This document shows, one piece after another, positions 19,500-28,155 of a stretch of 64,000 nt of DNA. The notes beneath the pieces were generated by a model. That model was given only the letters and a program-made list of their open reading frames with translations, had not been told where the DNA came from and searched no databases. The stretch is from Elusimicrobiaceae bacterium. Its GTDB lineage: Bacteria; Elusimicrobiota; Elusimicrobia; Elusimicrobiales; Elusimicrobiaceae. The translations under genes and the position numbers were made by a program. The stretch spans positions 26,033-90,032 of the forward strand of contig JAFXOI010000031.1 of NCBI GenBank assembly GCA_017528825.1, given 5' to 3'. Numbering within the stretch: position 1 is the first letter of the stretch; every line of letters begins with the position of its first letter.

Positions 19500-19570
19500 G
19501 TTGTCTGTACGCAGACGCGCGTAAGTAGTGCGCAAGGTCATCCTGAAAGATGATGGGTCAGGATTTCCAC
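19497..19570 (+). ncRNA. Candidate structured 5' leader (multi-hairpin junction)
   Basis: GTGG/CCAC encloses GTCTG-TACG-CAGAC, GCGCGT-AAGTA-GTGCGC, and TCATC-CTGAAA-GATGA (alternative pairing ATCCTGA/TCAGGAT). Confidence 0.4.
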
Positions 19571-19631
19571 GTTAGAAAATACGGATTTTGTAAATTATAA
19601 GACGGATATATAAGAGGATTACTTAAACCAT

Positions 19632-22600
19632 ATGACAAAACATTTTTGGAAAACTTTGTGTAGCAAGGCGGCCATTGCGGCAGTCTTGCCGTTGTTGTTT
19701 GTGGTAGTGCCGCAATGTGTGCACGCCCAATCGGCCGAAATTCGTTCTGCCGGTGTATATTATATTGACGGCCTAAGTGACATCAACAGTGTATATTGTA
19801 ACTGGGGTGCCGACAATATTTCCAATGCCGGGCAAGCGGCGTACAAGAGCGGTATCGTGGATGTGGCGGCTCATCAAACTGCTGATCCGTGGGATACCTC
19901 GGCCCTTATTGAGTATGATCAACCTTATCCGGCTCCCAATCAGCCCAACAATTATCCCAACCATTGTTTGGCGTTATGCTTTGATGTGTATTGTACCAAT
20001 AAACCCAACGGCGCTACAACTTACTCTATTTCTTTCCCGTTGCAAACCATTCAATTTGAAATTGCCAAATACAATAATTCCAAAGATATCGGTTCTTCCG
20101 AAACTAACCCGGCTGTGCGCACCATTATGGAAAGTATTATTGACAATAATATTTTGGTGGGTGGCGCTACGGGGCCTATGCCCGATACGGATTTATCTAA
20201 GTACATGTGTGCCGCCTATTCGTGCGTAGGTTCTGCAGCCACCTTTGGTGCGACTCAAAGTTGTCCTAACCCTCAATACGAATGTATTGAAAAGTCTGCT
20301 CTTTCTTCTAGCGATATGGGGCCGAACTGTCAAAATCCTCCTTCGGACATTATTAAAAAAGTTACTCATTGCTGTCGTTCATTAAATACGACTGCTTCTA
20401 CCTATGACTATCCTGCGATAACTACTAGGGACGCACAAGATAGTTTTGTCCCCGGGAAAAAAGAAACCGGTGGAGTAGAATATATAGAATGTGGAAATAG
20501 TGTATTGGGTTGTAAAGATGATGGAAGCGGTTGTATTAATGGCCGCGAGACTCCTTGTATTCAACGTTCCATGGGTACCGGTAAAGGATACAATGACCCA
20601 ATCCGCTTCTGCACATCTTGGGACGGTTCATATGAAATTTTAGGCGAATTTGGAAAAACCAACGGGCAATTTGGTTTCCGCGCCAATGTGAAAACCAATT
20701 ATCCCGGTGATAACATCGCTGTAGAAGAAATCGCCATTGACGATACCTTCATTTACCCCAGCGATAACCAATATCCTATTCAGGTAGACGTGACCAACGT
20801 GCACACCGTACGCAGTACGGCTACGGTGGTGGGTTCTATTACGTCTGTCATGGCTACACCTTACACGGTAACCTACCGCCTCAGTAAAGATGCGGATGTC
20901 AGTATCCAGGTATTTGATGCTTCTCATGCGGTGCCGTATACGCAGTCTGACTGGAATCCCAGCGCTACCATGGTAGATGCTATTTCTTACAATGATTCCA
21001 CCAACATCCTGCTTACTCAGCCCGTGCGCCACTTAGTGGATTGGCAGCCGCGCTTAGGCGAAGGGATGAAAGGCTCTGATAAAGACGTGATTTTGCAAGA
21101 GTCCGAAAGCTGGGACGGTCGCGATGACTCCGGCCGCTTATTGCCTGCCAATAACTATTTGATTTCTATCCAAGCCAAGACCCAAGACGAATGGCCGGGC
21201 ACGGATTTCTCCCGTGCGGTTACCCGCCAGCTCAGCTTGGATCCGTTAAAACTAACCGATATTGTGGTGCAAGGGCTCAACAAACAGTCTACCGCCTACG
21301 CCCGTGTCAATTATGTTCCGACGGAAGCATCCACGGTGTACTTTGAAGTATATACGCCGGGCACCACCTTTGCCAGTGAATATACGCGCGGCTTTGAACC
21401 GACCGGTTCTCGCCCGGTAATTGCGAATGGTACCGGTTCCTTGGTCTATTCCAATCACCAACAGCGCAATCGCGGGCTGAGCTACCCCGATAAATGGGAT
21501 GGTTTGTGCCATGTGGCAACCGGTTGTGACTTGGCTTATCCGCGCGGAAAGAAACTACCCTTTACCGGAGACGTGTGGAATGGCACAGCAACTCTCTGTA
21601 CGGACCCGATTTCCGCAGGCGGAAACGCAGGTACAGTATCCGGTCAGAATTGTGTGATCACTTCCCAAGAAGGCGCACCGATGCCGGATGGAGACTATGT
21701 ATATGTACTCTGGGCAGAAGTGCCGTACACGGATCACTATTTTAACGCAGCGGCCTGTTATGGACCGGGTACCCCGCAGTCTGCCGGATGTACCGGAACG
21801 ATTAACTGCAGCGGTAACAACGGTGCCTATACTTGTACTACCACCGTACGCGGAACCACTAATACCTGTTCTACAGCCGGTACCGCGGGTAGCAATGCTG
21901 CAGCTTGTACCGGTGCCTTTACCGGTGTAAAGACCCAACGTTACTATACCGGACACTTGCCTATTGAACGCGGTGTGGTAGATATTACTATTCAACCCGT
22001 TAGCTACGCCACTATCGGTTCCAGCCCGACGGCGTATGGCTTAGATCCGTTTATCTTTAAGTACTCTATTGCCCGTGAAGCTACCGTGAATGCGTATGTC
22101 AAAAATACGGCCGGTGTAAAGGTGAAAACCCTTACCAACGAAGGCGGTAACACCAATGTGGCCCAACAGATGAACACATTAACTTGGGACGGACGCGATG
22201 ATAATGGGCGTATGGTCAGTGCCGGCACCTATATGTTTGTGGTGGAAACCTCGGACCCCATGTTCCCGCAAAGTGTCAAAACCCAAGCGGCTTCTATCTT
22301 CCCGGTGGACTTGTATAGAGTTACGAATGTCTCTACAACGGATGTCTATGGAGACAGCGCGGCTAAAGCAACCATAAGTTATATGCTTTCTAAGGCCATG
22401 AATGTACAGATCAACATATATAATAAGGATGTAGTGGTACCTGTACAAAACACGACAGCCGGTGCACAACAGATTACGCAGGAAACAACCACGGCCAATG
22501 TGCTGGGGTTGCCTGAACTGCCGGGCTTGACCAGTACGGCGGTTCCTGCTACGGTTATCGGCGCAACTTTAGTGGCAGGGGACAGCGTAGGCTCTACCTA

Positions 22601-24608
22601 CTATGTATATACGACCCCGGTGGTAACAGGTAGTACCTATTATTATTACCGTGCTTTGAAATATGTTTCCGCAGTTACTGCCACTACTGAAAACTATGAA
22701 GTTCAGGAAGTGGTGCGCGTGGACGGGACTACTGCCCCGTGGCCGCCGCGCGTCTGCGACAGACAAACCGATGCGGCTTACTTTACAGGCGGATATGTAG
22801 ATCCGACCAAGTTCCCGCAGTGTATTTATGTCAATGACACCAACTTTACCAATTATCCGGCTAACCCCAAAGCAGCCGAGTATAACTATACCGAAGGCGC
22901 CCGCCAAACCTTGGATGTGCGCTTACAGCCGGTAAAAACTTTCAACCGCTCTGCCTTGAAGGCCGGAGACGGCGTAGTGAATATGGAAGAATGGGATGCT
23001 CAATACTTCTATAACCCGACGCCGGTATCTGTGGCCGATGGCGGCAAAAATACATTAGCTGCGGTACAAGCGTGTAAAAATCAAACCGATATTACCAAAT
23101 GTCCGTATGAAATGATTCCGGACGGTACTTATCCGTTGTATATTGCGGCTCGTACCCAAGAGCCGGTGGACGTCTATTACAACCAAACAACAGCCATTCC
23201 GTTCCGCACCGCGGCTGAGGTACTCCCGCAAACCGGTCTGTATGCTACAGATAAACCGGTATACCGGATTAATATCTCTCGTGGGCCGGTGTACTTTATT
23301 GACGGCACGGTGGCGGTGTATCCCAATGCTCCGCAGTTGTACAACGTGTCTTCCGGTCCTATTTTCGTGCCGCCGTATGAGATTAACTTCTCTATTTCCC
23401 GTGCGGCTACGGTGGAAGTAGCTGTGGTGGCCTTGCAAGACGGTTTGTGCACCACCACACGCGATACAGGGTCCTCTTACTCGCGCTTGCCCTACAACAA
23501 TAAGGCAGGGGATGTGTGTAAATTCTTAAGCACCATGACTATTCCCAATACCGCTAACTTTGACCCAAACATTGTTCGTAAGCTGTATTGGGACGGTACC
23601 GATAATAACGGCAAGTATGTCAAGAACGGTAACTATGAAATCCGCTTGACGGCCAAAAACTATCCGGATGAAGGATTGTATCAGCCCACGGTCAAACAGC
23701 TGACCTTGAACGTAGATTTGCTCAAGGTGTATGACTTGCCGGAATCGGAAGCCTACTCTATTAATAAGCGTGGTATAGACATGAAAGTGTCTTACCAGAT
23801 TTCCGTGCCGATGAAAGTGGCCATCCAGATCTTTAAGCCGGGTACCACCATTTACGACTATACAAAAGGTACCTTGCGTGACCCGTCCACCGGACAGGAA
23901 GTAACCGATATCCGCGATGTGCTGGTCAGATCCATTGTGGGTATCCGCCCATCTACCACCTTGATTGAAGAGGTGTGGGATGGTACGGACTATGCCCAAC
24001 AGGGTGTGCCGGACGGTACCTATCCGTTACGCTTTGTAACGGCGTTGAATGGCGCAGATATTGACTCTGTTACCGGAGAAGTGTTGGCCGGTAGCGATGC
24101 GGCCGGTTCCACCGATTATAAGATAAATTACGTGGCTGATACGTATCAGTACGTGAACTTGCATCATGCTACAGTGGCTATCGGTGACGGGGAGTTCGTC
24201 TGCGAAGACTGGGAGAAAACGGTATTCTTCTATCCCAACCCGTTCAAAACAGCCACCGGTACATTAGAAATTACTAAGTTACCAGTGCCCGGTAAAATGT
24301 CTATTAAGATGTATAACTTGGCCGGTGACTTGGTGCGCGAAGGCGGATACACTTGTGTGGATGCTCAAAATATGTCTGTGACAATGGGTAGCTCTCTACA
24401 AGTCAGTCCGGATAATAATGTCAGCAGTACCACTTATACGGGTGGTATGCCGTCCCTGCGTAATGCGGCCCTGCGCTGCTTCTGGGACAAAACCAACGAC
24501 CATGGTAAACGTGTGGCCCGCGGGGTATACTTCGGACTAGTGGATTTCCGTGCTCAAAACGGCAGACAACACTGCCAAAAGGTAGTGAAGATTTTAATTC
24601 CGAGATAA
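19632..24608 (+). CDS. 1658-aa secreted protein with repeated FlgD-like Ig modules, Cys-rich inserts and T9SS-type-A-like C-terminal domain
   Basis: Signal peptide ending AQS. Repeated WDG motifs (e.g. WDGRDDSGRLLPANNY, WDGRDDNGRMVSAGTY, WDGTDNNGKYVKNGNY). C-terminus FYPNPF...MYNLAGDLVR...ARGVYFGLV...KVVKILIPR. Confidence 0.75.
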   Translation: MTKHFWKTLCSKAAIAAVLPLLFVVVPQCVHAQSAEIRSAGVYYIDGLSDINSVYCNWGADNISNAGQAAYKSGIVDVAAHQTADPWDTSALIEYDQPYPAPNQPNNYPNHCLALCFDVYCTNKPNGATTYSISFPLQTIQFEIAKYNNSKDIGSSETNPAVRTIMESIIDNNILVGGATGPMPDTDLSKYMCAAYSCVGSAATFGATQSCPNPQYECIEKSALSSSDMGPNCQNPPSDIIKKVTHCCRSLNTTASTYDYPAITTRDAQDSFVPGKKETGGVEYIECGNSVLGCKDDGSGCINGRETPCIQRSMGTGKGYNDPIRFCTSWDGSYEILGEFGKTNGQFGFRANVKTNYPGDNIAVEEIAIDDTFIYPSDNQYPIQVDVTNVHTVRSTATVVGSITSVMATPYTVTYRLSKDADVSIQVFDASHAVPYTQSDWNPSATMVDAISYNDSTNILLTQPVRHLVDWQPRLGEGMKGSDKDVILQESESWDGRDDSGRLLPANNYLISIQAKTQDEWPGTDFSRAVTRQLSLDPLKLTDIVVQGLNKQSTAYARVNYVPTEASTVYFEVYTPGTTFASEYTRGFEPTGSRPVIANGTGSLVYSNHQQRNRGLSYPDKWDGLCHVATGCDLAYPRGKKLPFTGDVWNGTATLCTDPISAGGNAGTVSGQNCVITSQEGAPMPDGDYVYVLWAEVPYTDHYFNAAACYGPGTPQSAGCTGTINCSGNNGAYTCTTTVRGTTNTCSTAGTAGSNAAACTGAFTGVKTQRYYTGHLPIERGVVDITIQPVSYATIGSSPTAYGLDPFIFKYSIAREATVNAYVKNTAGVKVKTLTNEGGNTNVAQQMNTLTWDGRDDNGRMVSAGTYMFVVETSDPMFPQSVKTQAASIFPVDLYRVTNVSTTDVYGDSAAKATISYMLSKAMNVQINIYNKDVVVPVQNTTAGAQQITQETTTANVLGLPELPGLTSTAVPATVIGATLVAGDSVGSTYYVYTTPVVTGSTYYYYRALKYVSAVTATTENYEVQEVVRVDGTTAPWPPRVCDRQTDAAYFTGGYVDPTKFPQCIYVNDTNFTNYPANPKAAEYNYTEGARQTLDVRLQPVKTFNRSALKAGDGVVNMEEWDAQYFYNPTPVSVADGGKNTLAAVQACKNQTDITKCPYEMIPDGTYPLYIAARTQEPVDVYYNQTTAIPFRTAAEVLPQTGLYATDKPVYRINISRGPVYFIDGTVAVYPNAPQLYNVSSGPIFVPPYEINFSISRAATVEVAVVALQDGLCTTTRDTGSSYSRLPYNNKAGDVCKFLSTMTIPNTANFDPNIVRKLYWDGTDNNGKYVKNGNYEIRLTAKNYPDEGLYQPTVKQLTLNVDLLKVYDLPESEAYSINKRGIDMKVSYQISVPMKVAIQIFKPGTTIYDYTKGTLRDPSTGQEVTDIRDVLVRSIVGIRPSTTLIEEVWDGTDYAQQGVPDGTYPLRFVTALNGADIDSVTGEVLAGSDAAGSTDYKINYVADTYQYVNLHHATVAIGDGEFVCEDWEKTVFFYPNPFKTATGTLEITKLPVPGKMSIKMYNLAGDLVREGGYTCVDAQNMSVTMGSSLQVSPDNNVSSTTYTGGMPSLRNAALRCFWDKTNDHGKRVARGVYFGLVDFRAQNGRQHCQKVVKILIPR

Positions 24609-24627
24609 GTGTAGGAAATAACAAACT

Positions 24628-25590
24628 ATGAAAAATAAAGTTTTAATTGCTTGTTTTGCTCTCGCCTTGGCAGCTCCGGCTGCTTGGGCTGACTCGTATG
24701 CAGATGCCGGTACTAGTGCTAGCGCATTCTTGAAGATTGATGCGGGATCTCCGCGTGCGCAAGCCTTAGGTAACGCGTATGTGTCTATTGCAGAAGGACC
24801 GGAGGCCTTGTTTTGGAACCCGGCCGGTGCCGCTTCCGCTACCACGCGGGAGTTAGCTTTTGCTTATCAAGATTATTTGCAAGGTTATAAGGCACGCACC
24901 TTAGCGTATTTGCAACCTATGGGCAAAACGATTATCGGTGTAACATTCAACTACATGGATATGGACGGCTTTGATTACCGCGATGAATACGGTTATCAAC
25001 AACCTACTGTAGGTAAACCGGTACAGAACTTTGTGGGTAGTTTGTCATTGGCCCGCGGATTTTTCAACCAAGGATTACAACTGGGCGCTACCGCTAAGTA
25101 CATCAATGAAAAATTGGATACCTACCGCTACACCAACGTCGGTTTTGATGTGGGGGCTAAAGGGCGTCCGTGGCATTGGTTAGGTTTAGGTGGTGCCATT
25201 ATTAACATCGGTGACAAAAAAGAAATGCCGCGCGGTTGGCGTGTGGGTGCCGATATTGATACGAAGTATTGGACCATTTCCGGTGAATATATGAAATACC
25301 GCGACGATCAGGGCCGCTACGGGGTTGGTTTAGAAGTACATATTCCGGAAGATTTATTGCAAGTGGCTCGGTTTGATTTGCGCGTAGGTTATTACGATCG
25401 TGAAAGCACCGGTTACAGCGAAAGCAAAAATTTGAAGAGTTTAGGACTTGATAGTACCTCTAAAGTTTCCTTCGGGTTTGGTATTTATAGCTCTGAATTA
25501 TTTGGCTATGGTGCCAGCATTGATTACGCAGTTACCCCGTTTGGGGCTTTAGGTACTTCGCAACAAATTGCGGTATCGGTGCAATTTTAG
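24628..25590 (+). CDS. PorV/PorQ-family (FadL-like) outer-membrane beta-barrel
   Basis: Signal peptide, AFLKIDAGSPRAQALGNAY and ALFWNPAG plug motif, alternating beta-strands, terminal Phe (AVSVQF). Confidence 0.8.
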   Translation: MKNKVLIACFALALAAPAAWADSYADAGTSASAFLKIDAGSPRAQALGNAYVSIAEGPEALFWNPAGAASATTRELAFAYQDYLQGYKARTLAYLQPMGKTIIGVTFNYMDMDGFDYRDEYGYQQPTVGKPVQNFVGSLSLARGFFNQGLQLGATAKYINEKLDTYRYTNVGFDVGAKGRPWHWLGLGGAIINIGDKKEMPRGWRVGADIDTKYWTISGEYMKYRDDQGRYGVGLEVHIPEDLLQVARFDLRVGYYDRESTGYSESKNLKSLGLDSTSKVSFGFGIYSSELFGYGASIDYAVTPFGALGTSQQIAVSVQF

Positions 25591-25639
25591 TATCGCATAG
25601 GAAGCGGTGCTTGAGTTGTTGCGACGGAAGGTGTACAAT

Positions 25640-25834
25640 ATGAATACGATGCACAAAGTAAAAAGCCTGGTCGTAAACAAAAAAGGGCAAACGGCTGTGG
25701 AATATATTATTACAGCTTTTTCGCTTTTTGGGGCTTTCTTAGCGTTTTATGCTTTGTATTCTAATATGGTTCCGCAACAGTTCGACCAAGGAGCCAAAGT
25801 CATTTTGTCAGTATATGACACAAGTAGTAATTAA
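25640..25834 (+). CDS. Flp/TadE-like pilin
   Basis: KKG|QTAVEY followed by a hydrophobic helix. ATG 25640 follows ggaagg; ORF track starts at 25607. Confidence 0.8.
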   Translation: MNTMHKVKSLVVNKKGQTAVEYIITAFSLFGAFLAFYALYSNMVPQQFDQGAKVILSVYDTSSN

Positions 25835-25857
25835 TTTGTTAAATTAGGGAGGAATCC

Positions 25858-26079
25858 ATGAAGTTTATTATCGCCATGCAAAATAAGTTGAATGCTGCCA
25901 AAGCGGCTGCCATCAACAGCTTAAAAAAACAAGAAGGCCAGAACACCATCGAATACATCATTATGTTAGGTGTAGTAGTAGGTATTGCCCTGCTCGTTGG
26001 TACGTTGGTTAAAAACATGATGCCGGAAGTCTTTGAGAACATCAAAGCCAAAATTTTGGGCGGCGTCAACCAAGACTAG
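25858..26079 (+). CDS. flp: Flp (type IVc) pilin, probable major subunit
   Basis: KKQEG|QNTIEYIIMLGVVVGIALLVG, short mature part (about 46 aa), strong SD agggagg. Confidence 0.88.
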   Translation: MKFIIAMQNKLNAAKAAAINSLKKQEGQNTIEYIIMLGVVVGIALLVGTLVKNMMPEVFENIKAKILGGVNQD

Positions 26080-26096
26080 TAAGTATTGAAGGAACA

Positions 26097-26585
26097 ATGA
26101 CAATTTTTCATAGGAGGCATGAGGGGCAGGTAACGGTAGAATTGATGCTCATTCTGCCGGTGCTAATGTTGATGATATTCTTTATCCTAGAATATGGCAA
26201 CATTGCCTATCATACCATTATTGCTAACCATGCTTCCTATGAATTTGCCCGAATCGGCGCTTTAACAGGGGCTAAAAAGCCTAGCGGTAAAGCCAGTACC
26301 GGGCCGATGGTAACAAAGATTAACGCGGCCAAGCAAAAGGTGTTTGGCGCGGATGCATCCCGCATTTCGGTGAAAGTTAAATTGCAAAACACCGGTGTGG
26401 ACCCGATGTATAAAAAACATCGGCATGAAGATGTAATCGTAACGGTGGTATATCCGGTGCGGTTAGCGTTTCCGGGGACTAGTTGGTTACTCGCCAGCGA
26501 GCCGAAACGCAACGGTGTACGCAAAATAGAAGCTACTACGCGTATGCCGGTAGAAAAATTATATGCCGGCTCGGATCCTAAGTGA
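26097..26585 (+). CDS. tadE: TadE/TadF-like pseudopilin
   Basis: HEG|QVTVELMLILPVLMLMIFFILEYG, ASYEFARIGA, V.VTV.YPV. Confidence 0.85.
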   Translation: MTIFHRRHEGQVTVELMLILPVLMLMIFFILEYGNIAYHTIIANHASYEFARIGALTGAKKPSGKASTGPMVTKINAAKQKVFGADASRISVKVKLQNTGVDPMYKKHRHEDVIVTVVYPVRLAFPGTSWLLASEPKRNGVRKIEATTRMPVEKLYAGSDPK

Positions 26586-26644
26586 TCTGTGGTAGAATTT
26601 GTTTAAATTATAATAAGAATTGGAATAACAAGTAAGGAGAAACA

Positions 26645-27397
26645 ATGAAAAAAGGAATTATGCTTCCGTTGCTGTTAGCATTCTTAGCAGCTTTGGTTTA
26701 TTGGATGATTGTACACAATGCTGAAAAAAAATTGAATGCTTCTAAGACAGTCAAAACTGTTTTGGTGCCTGTGCGCGATATTAAAGAGCGCGAAGTAATT
26801 AAGCGTGACTACTTGAAACGCATTCAAGTGCCTGCTGCCTATGTGCAAAAAGACGCTTTTACTTATACAACCGATGCAGATTTTGCCAAAATAGACAATG
26901 CCATTGCACGGATTCAAATCCCGAAAGGAAACCAGATTTCCAAATATGCCGTTACCTCGCTTTCTCCCGAGGCCGGTTTGTCCAGTAAAATTCCGGTTCA
27001 GATGAGAGGTTTTGTCATGGTGGTCGATAGCAACGTAGCTAGCATGATTAAACCCGACGATAACGTGGACATCTTGCTCACGTTTGAGGCCCTGATGAAA
27101 ACAGGGGCTCGGCAGAAAGTAACCGTAACGCTACTTCAGAACGTAAAAGTGTTAGGTGTAGGTTCTGACTTGGGACAAGGATTGGATGCCAAAGCGGCCG
27201 CCGCCTTGCGTAACCAAGAGGAAGACGCTTCCGCGTATACAGATACGAGCGCGTTGAGCTTGGCTCTGTCTCCGCGTGATGCACAATACTTAGCCTTGGC
27301 TAAGGAAGAAGGAACGTTATCCGTCATCTTACGTTCTCACGGAGATGTGACGAACTACTTGATGGAAATTGCCACCTTTGAGAAATTATTTTCATAA
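26645..27397 (+). CDS. cpaB: Flp pilus assembly protein CpaB/RcpC
   Basis: N-terminal TM, SAF domain (VLVPVRDIKERE), IKPDDNVDIL, LLQNVKVLGVG, LALSPRDAQYLALA. Confidence 0.9.
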   Translation: MKKGIMLPLLLAFLAALVYWMIVHNAEKKLNASKTVKTVLVPVRDIKEREVIKRDYLKRIQVPAAYVQKDAFTYTTDADFAKIDNAIARIQIPKGNQISKYAVTSLSPEAGLSSKIPVQMRGFVMVVDSNVASMIKPDDNVDILLTFEALMKTGARQKVTVTLLQNVKVLGVGSDLGQGLDAKAAAALRNQEEDASAYTDTSALSLALSPRDAQYLALAKEEGTLSVILRSHGDVTNYLMEIATFEKLFS

Positions 27398-27415
27398 ACA
27401 GGAATAATATAAACT

Positions 27416-28150
27416 ATGAAATTTACTTCTAAACTGACTTTATGGATATTGCTACTGGTGTTAGCTTGCCCTGCCGCATTTGCTAAGAAAACGCATTTGG
27501 TGGCTGTAAGTGCCGACGTGGTAGAAATCGGCGGTACGATGACTTCGGCCAAAGGGTTTGAATGGAACCAAATCTTTGACTTTGAAGAAGCCAACATCCC
27601 GGGTATTTTATCTTTGGGTGAATTTGCCCGTAAGACAGCGGTCATTACCCGTTTACGTTTATCCGAAACGGAAGGGCGGGCGCAGATTTTGTCCAACCCG
27701 AAAATTGTGACCAGTTCCGGTAACAGCGCCAAAATTACGGTAGGTGGTAAAGTGCCTATACCGGTGGTAAATAACCAAGGGGTAGGTTCCCAGTTGGAAG
27801 AATATGGTATCTTGCTAAACGTATTACCTACCATTATTCCGGAAAGAGGGAATATTATTGACTTGCAGGTACAGTTGTCTGTATCTTCAGTAGACTATTC
27901 TCGTACGGTATCCGTCGGTACCGCTACGGCTCCTTCTTTCACCAACCGTGACGTGGAAACCCATGTGGAACTCAATAGCGGGGAAACCTTGGTGATTGGC
28001 GGTTTGAAGAGCAGCTACCGCAACGTTAGTGAAACCCGCGTGCCATTTCTGGGACGCCTTCCGTTAATCGGTTTGTTGTTTAAGTATAAAGACGTAACGG
28101 AAGAACAACGCTCTCTATTCTTGTTTATTACCGTGGAAGTGGTGGAATAA
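27416..28150 (+). CDS. cpaC: Minimal secretin (CpaC/RcpA-like, secretin domain only)
   Basis: Signal peptide followed directly by GRAQILSNPKI...GGKVPIP...YGILLNVLP...LNSGETLVIGGL...VPFLGRLPLIGLLF. Confidence 0.88.
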   Translation: MKFTSKLTLWILLLVLACPAAFAKKTHLVAVSADVVEIGGTMTSAKGFEWNQIFDFEEANIPGILSLGEFARKTAVITRLRLSETEGRAQILSNPKIVTSSGNSAKITVGGKVPIPVVNNQGVGSQLEEYGILLNVLPTIIPERGNIIDLQVQLSVSSVDYSRTVSVGTATAPSFTNRDVETHVELNSGETLVIGGLKSSYRNVSETRVPFLGRLPLIGLLFKYKDVTEEQRSLFLFITVEVVE

Positions 28151-28155
28151 TAATT

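Noticed and set aside
19497-19570. tRNA gene (74-nt cloverleaf-like fold)
   Set aside because: No TTC T-loop, no D-loop GG, and only a 4-bp closing stem. Kept only as a candidate leader RNA.
19530-19570. c-di-GMP-I riboswitch (GCAA...GAAA...GG resemblance next to a diguanylate cyclase)
   Set aside because: Lacks the GGCAAAC and GACGCAAAGC core and the P3 receptor arm. The resemblance is superficial.
19632-25590. Complete type IX secretion system
   Set aside because: Only a CTD-like tail and a PorV-like barrel are visible; no SprA or PorK/L/M/N in the window.
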